From Chiloscyllium plagiosum (lineage: Eukaryota), in contig NC_057719.1 of the NCBI RefSeq assembly GCF_004010195.1, positions 18,807,159 to 18,871,158 of the forward strand: DNA of 64,000 nucleotides. Reading direction: 5' to 3'. The notes below the pieces were generated by a model. That model had not been told where the DNA came from. It saw nothing but the letters and a program-made list of their open reading frames with translations, and searched no databases. Positions 62,221-64,000 of the stretch are shown here, piece by piece. The position numbers were made by a program, and so were the translations under genes. Position 1 is the first letter of the stretch. The number at the start of each line of letters is the position of its first letter.

Positions 62221-62246
62221 CAGTGGGTTGCGAGGCCATTTGGACT

Positions 62247-62600
62247 CATAGAGTCATAAAGACATACAGCATAGAAATAGACCCTGTGATCCAAATCATT
62301 CCCACCAACTAGACAGCCTAATCTGATTTGGTCCCATATCTCCCTAAACCCTTCCTATTTATATACTCATCCAGATGCCTTTTAAATGTTATAAATGTAC
62401 CAACCTCCACCACTTTTCAGGCAGTTCATTCCATATACAGACCAGCGTCTGTGTAAAAGAGTTACCCCTCTGGTCCTTTTTATACTTTCCCCTCTCACCT
62501 TAAACCTATACCCTCTAGTTTTGGGCTTTTAGGGGAAAAAGAAACCCTTGCTATTGACCCTATCCATGTCCCTTATGATTTTATAAGCCTCTATAAGACC
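62247..62600 (-). mobile_element. CR1 3' end
   Basis: catagagtcata tail; cttaaacctataccctctagtt. Confidence 0.85.
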
Positions 62601-62624
62601 ACTAAGAGTCTCTTGGTGGCCAAA

Positions 62625-62852
62625 TCAGATGAGGATGGAAGATTCCCTTCCCTGAGGGACATTACTGAGCTAGATGGTTTTTCTCCCCCAACAAAAGGTA
62701 ATGGTTTCATGAGAATCAGAAGATCCTTAATTTTAGATTATTTTAAAGTTGAATTGTAATCACACCATCTGCTGTGGTAGGATTCAAACTCAGGTCATTA
62801 GCTGAGCTTTTGGTTTCAGGGCGTATTGATAATACCATTAGGCCATCACCTA
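62625..62852 (-). mobile_element. SINE family 2 5' part
   Basis: ccttccctgagggacatta; ggattcaaac; aataccattaggcc. Confidence 0.65.
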
Positions 62853-64000
62853 CATCAATGGCCCCCAGCATTACAGATGCTGGTCTTCAGCCAATTCGAT
62901 TCACTCCATTTGATATCAAAAAACTATTGGCAGCATTGGATGCTGCAAAGGCTATAACCCCTGACTACATTCCAGCAGTAGTACTAAAGACCTGTGCTCC
63001 AGAACTTGCACCTATCCTAGCCAAGCTGTTCCCGTATAATCACAACACTGGCATCTACCTGACAATGTGGAAAATTGCCGAGGTATGTCCTGTACATAAA
63101 AAGCAGGACGAATCTAACACAGCCAATTACCGCCCCATCAGTCTACTCTCAATCGTCAGTAAAGTGATGGAAGGTGTTATCAGTAGTGCTATCAAGCAGC
63201 AACTGCTCAGCCATAACCTGCTCACTGATGCCCAATTTGGGTTCCACCAGAGCCACTGATTTACTGACTTGAGTGAGAGCCCTTGACATCAATGGTCTCA
63301 TTCAATCGGGTCTGGACCCCTGGCAAAACTGGTATCAATGGGAATCAGGACAAATTCTCTGTTAGCTGGAGTCATATCTGGCACATAGGAAGATGGTTGT
63401 CTGTGTTGGAGGTCAGTCATCTCAGTTCCATGACATCTCTACAGGAGTTCCTCAGGGTAGTGTCCTAGGCTCAACCATCTTCAGCTGCTTCATCAATGAT
63501 CTTTCTTCCATTATAAGGTCAGGAGAAGGGACATTCGCCAATAATTGCCCAATGTTCAGCACCATTTCTGACTCCTCAGATACTGAAACAGTCCATGTTC
63601 AAATGCAGAAAGATGTGAACATCCTTCCAGGCTTAGGTTGACAAGTGTCAAGTAACATGCATCCACACAAGTGCCTGGCAATGGCCATTTCCATTAGGAG
63701 TCAATATAATTACTGCTCTTTGATGTTCAATGGTGTCACCATCACTGAACGCCCACTATCAACATCCTGGGGGCTATCATTGACCAGAACTTTAACTGGG
63801 CTCACTACATACACAGTGGCTACAAGTGCAGGCTAGGAATACTGCAGCGGGTAACTCACCTCCTGACTCCCCAAAACTTGGGCACCATCTACATGGTACA
63901 AGTCAGGAGTGTGAGGGAATATTCCCCAGTTGCCTGGATGGATGCAGCTCCAACAATGCTCAAGAAGCTTGGCACCATCCAGGACAAAGAATCCTGCTTA
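62853..64000 (+). mobile_element. LINE family 2 RT region, runs off the window
   Basis: LKTCAPELAP...WKIA.V.PVHKK...NYRPISLLS..KVME; GVPQGSVLG..IFSCFINDL. Confidence 0.88.

Overview
Repeat-dense, AT-rich vertebrate DNA, almost certainly from a shark or other elasmobranch (HE1-type V-SINEs, DeuSINEs, many CR1 LINEs). I recognise no intact host protein-coding gene; the region looks intergenic or intronic. Contents: one near full-length decayed CR1 LINE (36.3-40.6 kb) and many CR1 3' fragments; a second CR1/L2-group LINE family with a SINE apparently built from its 5' and 3' ends; two decayed Mag-type Gypsy elements; Tx1 and Rex1 fragments; two Tigger-like MITEs; a 796-N assembly gap. The most striking signal is about 20 Penelope-like element (PLE) pieces from at least four families. 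Many carry minimal hammerhead-ribozyme cores, and many are 60-300 bp non-coding, often inverted insertions with 13-16 bp target-site duplications (TSDs). A young PLE with an uninterrupted RT frame ends in the same terminus. A decayed hexapeptide repeat rich in N-glycosylation sequons at 33.15-33.38 kb is not explained by any repeat I recognise. All calls were made by eye without database searches, so boundaries of old elements are approximate.
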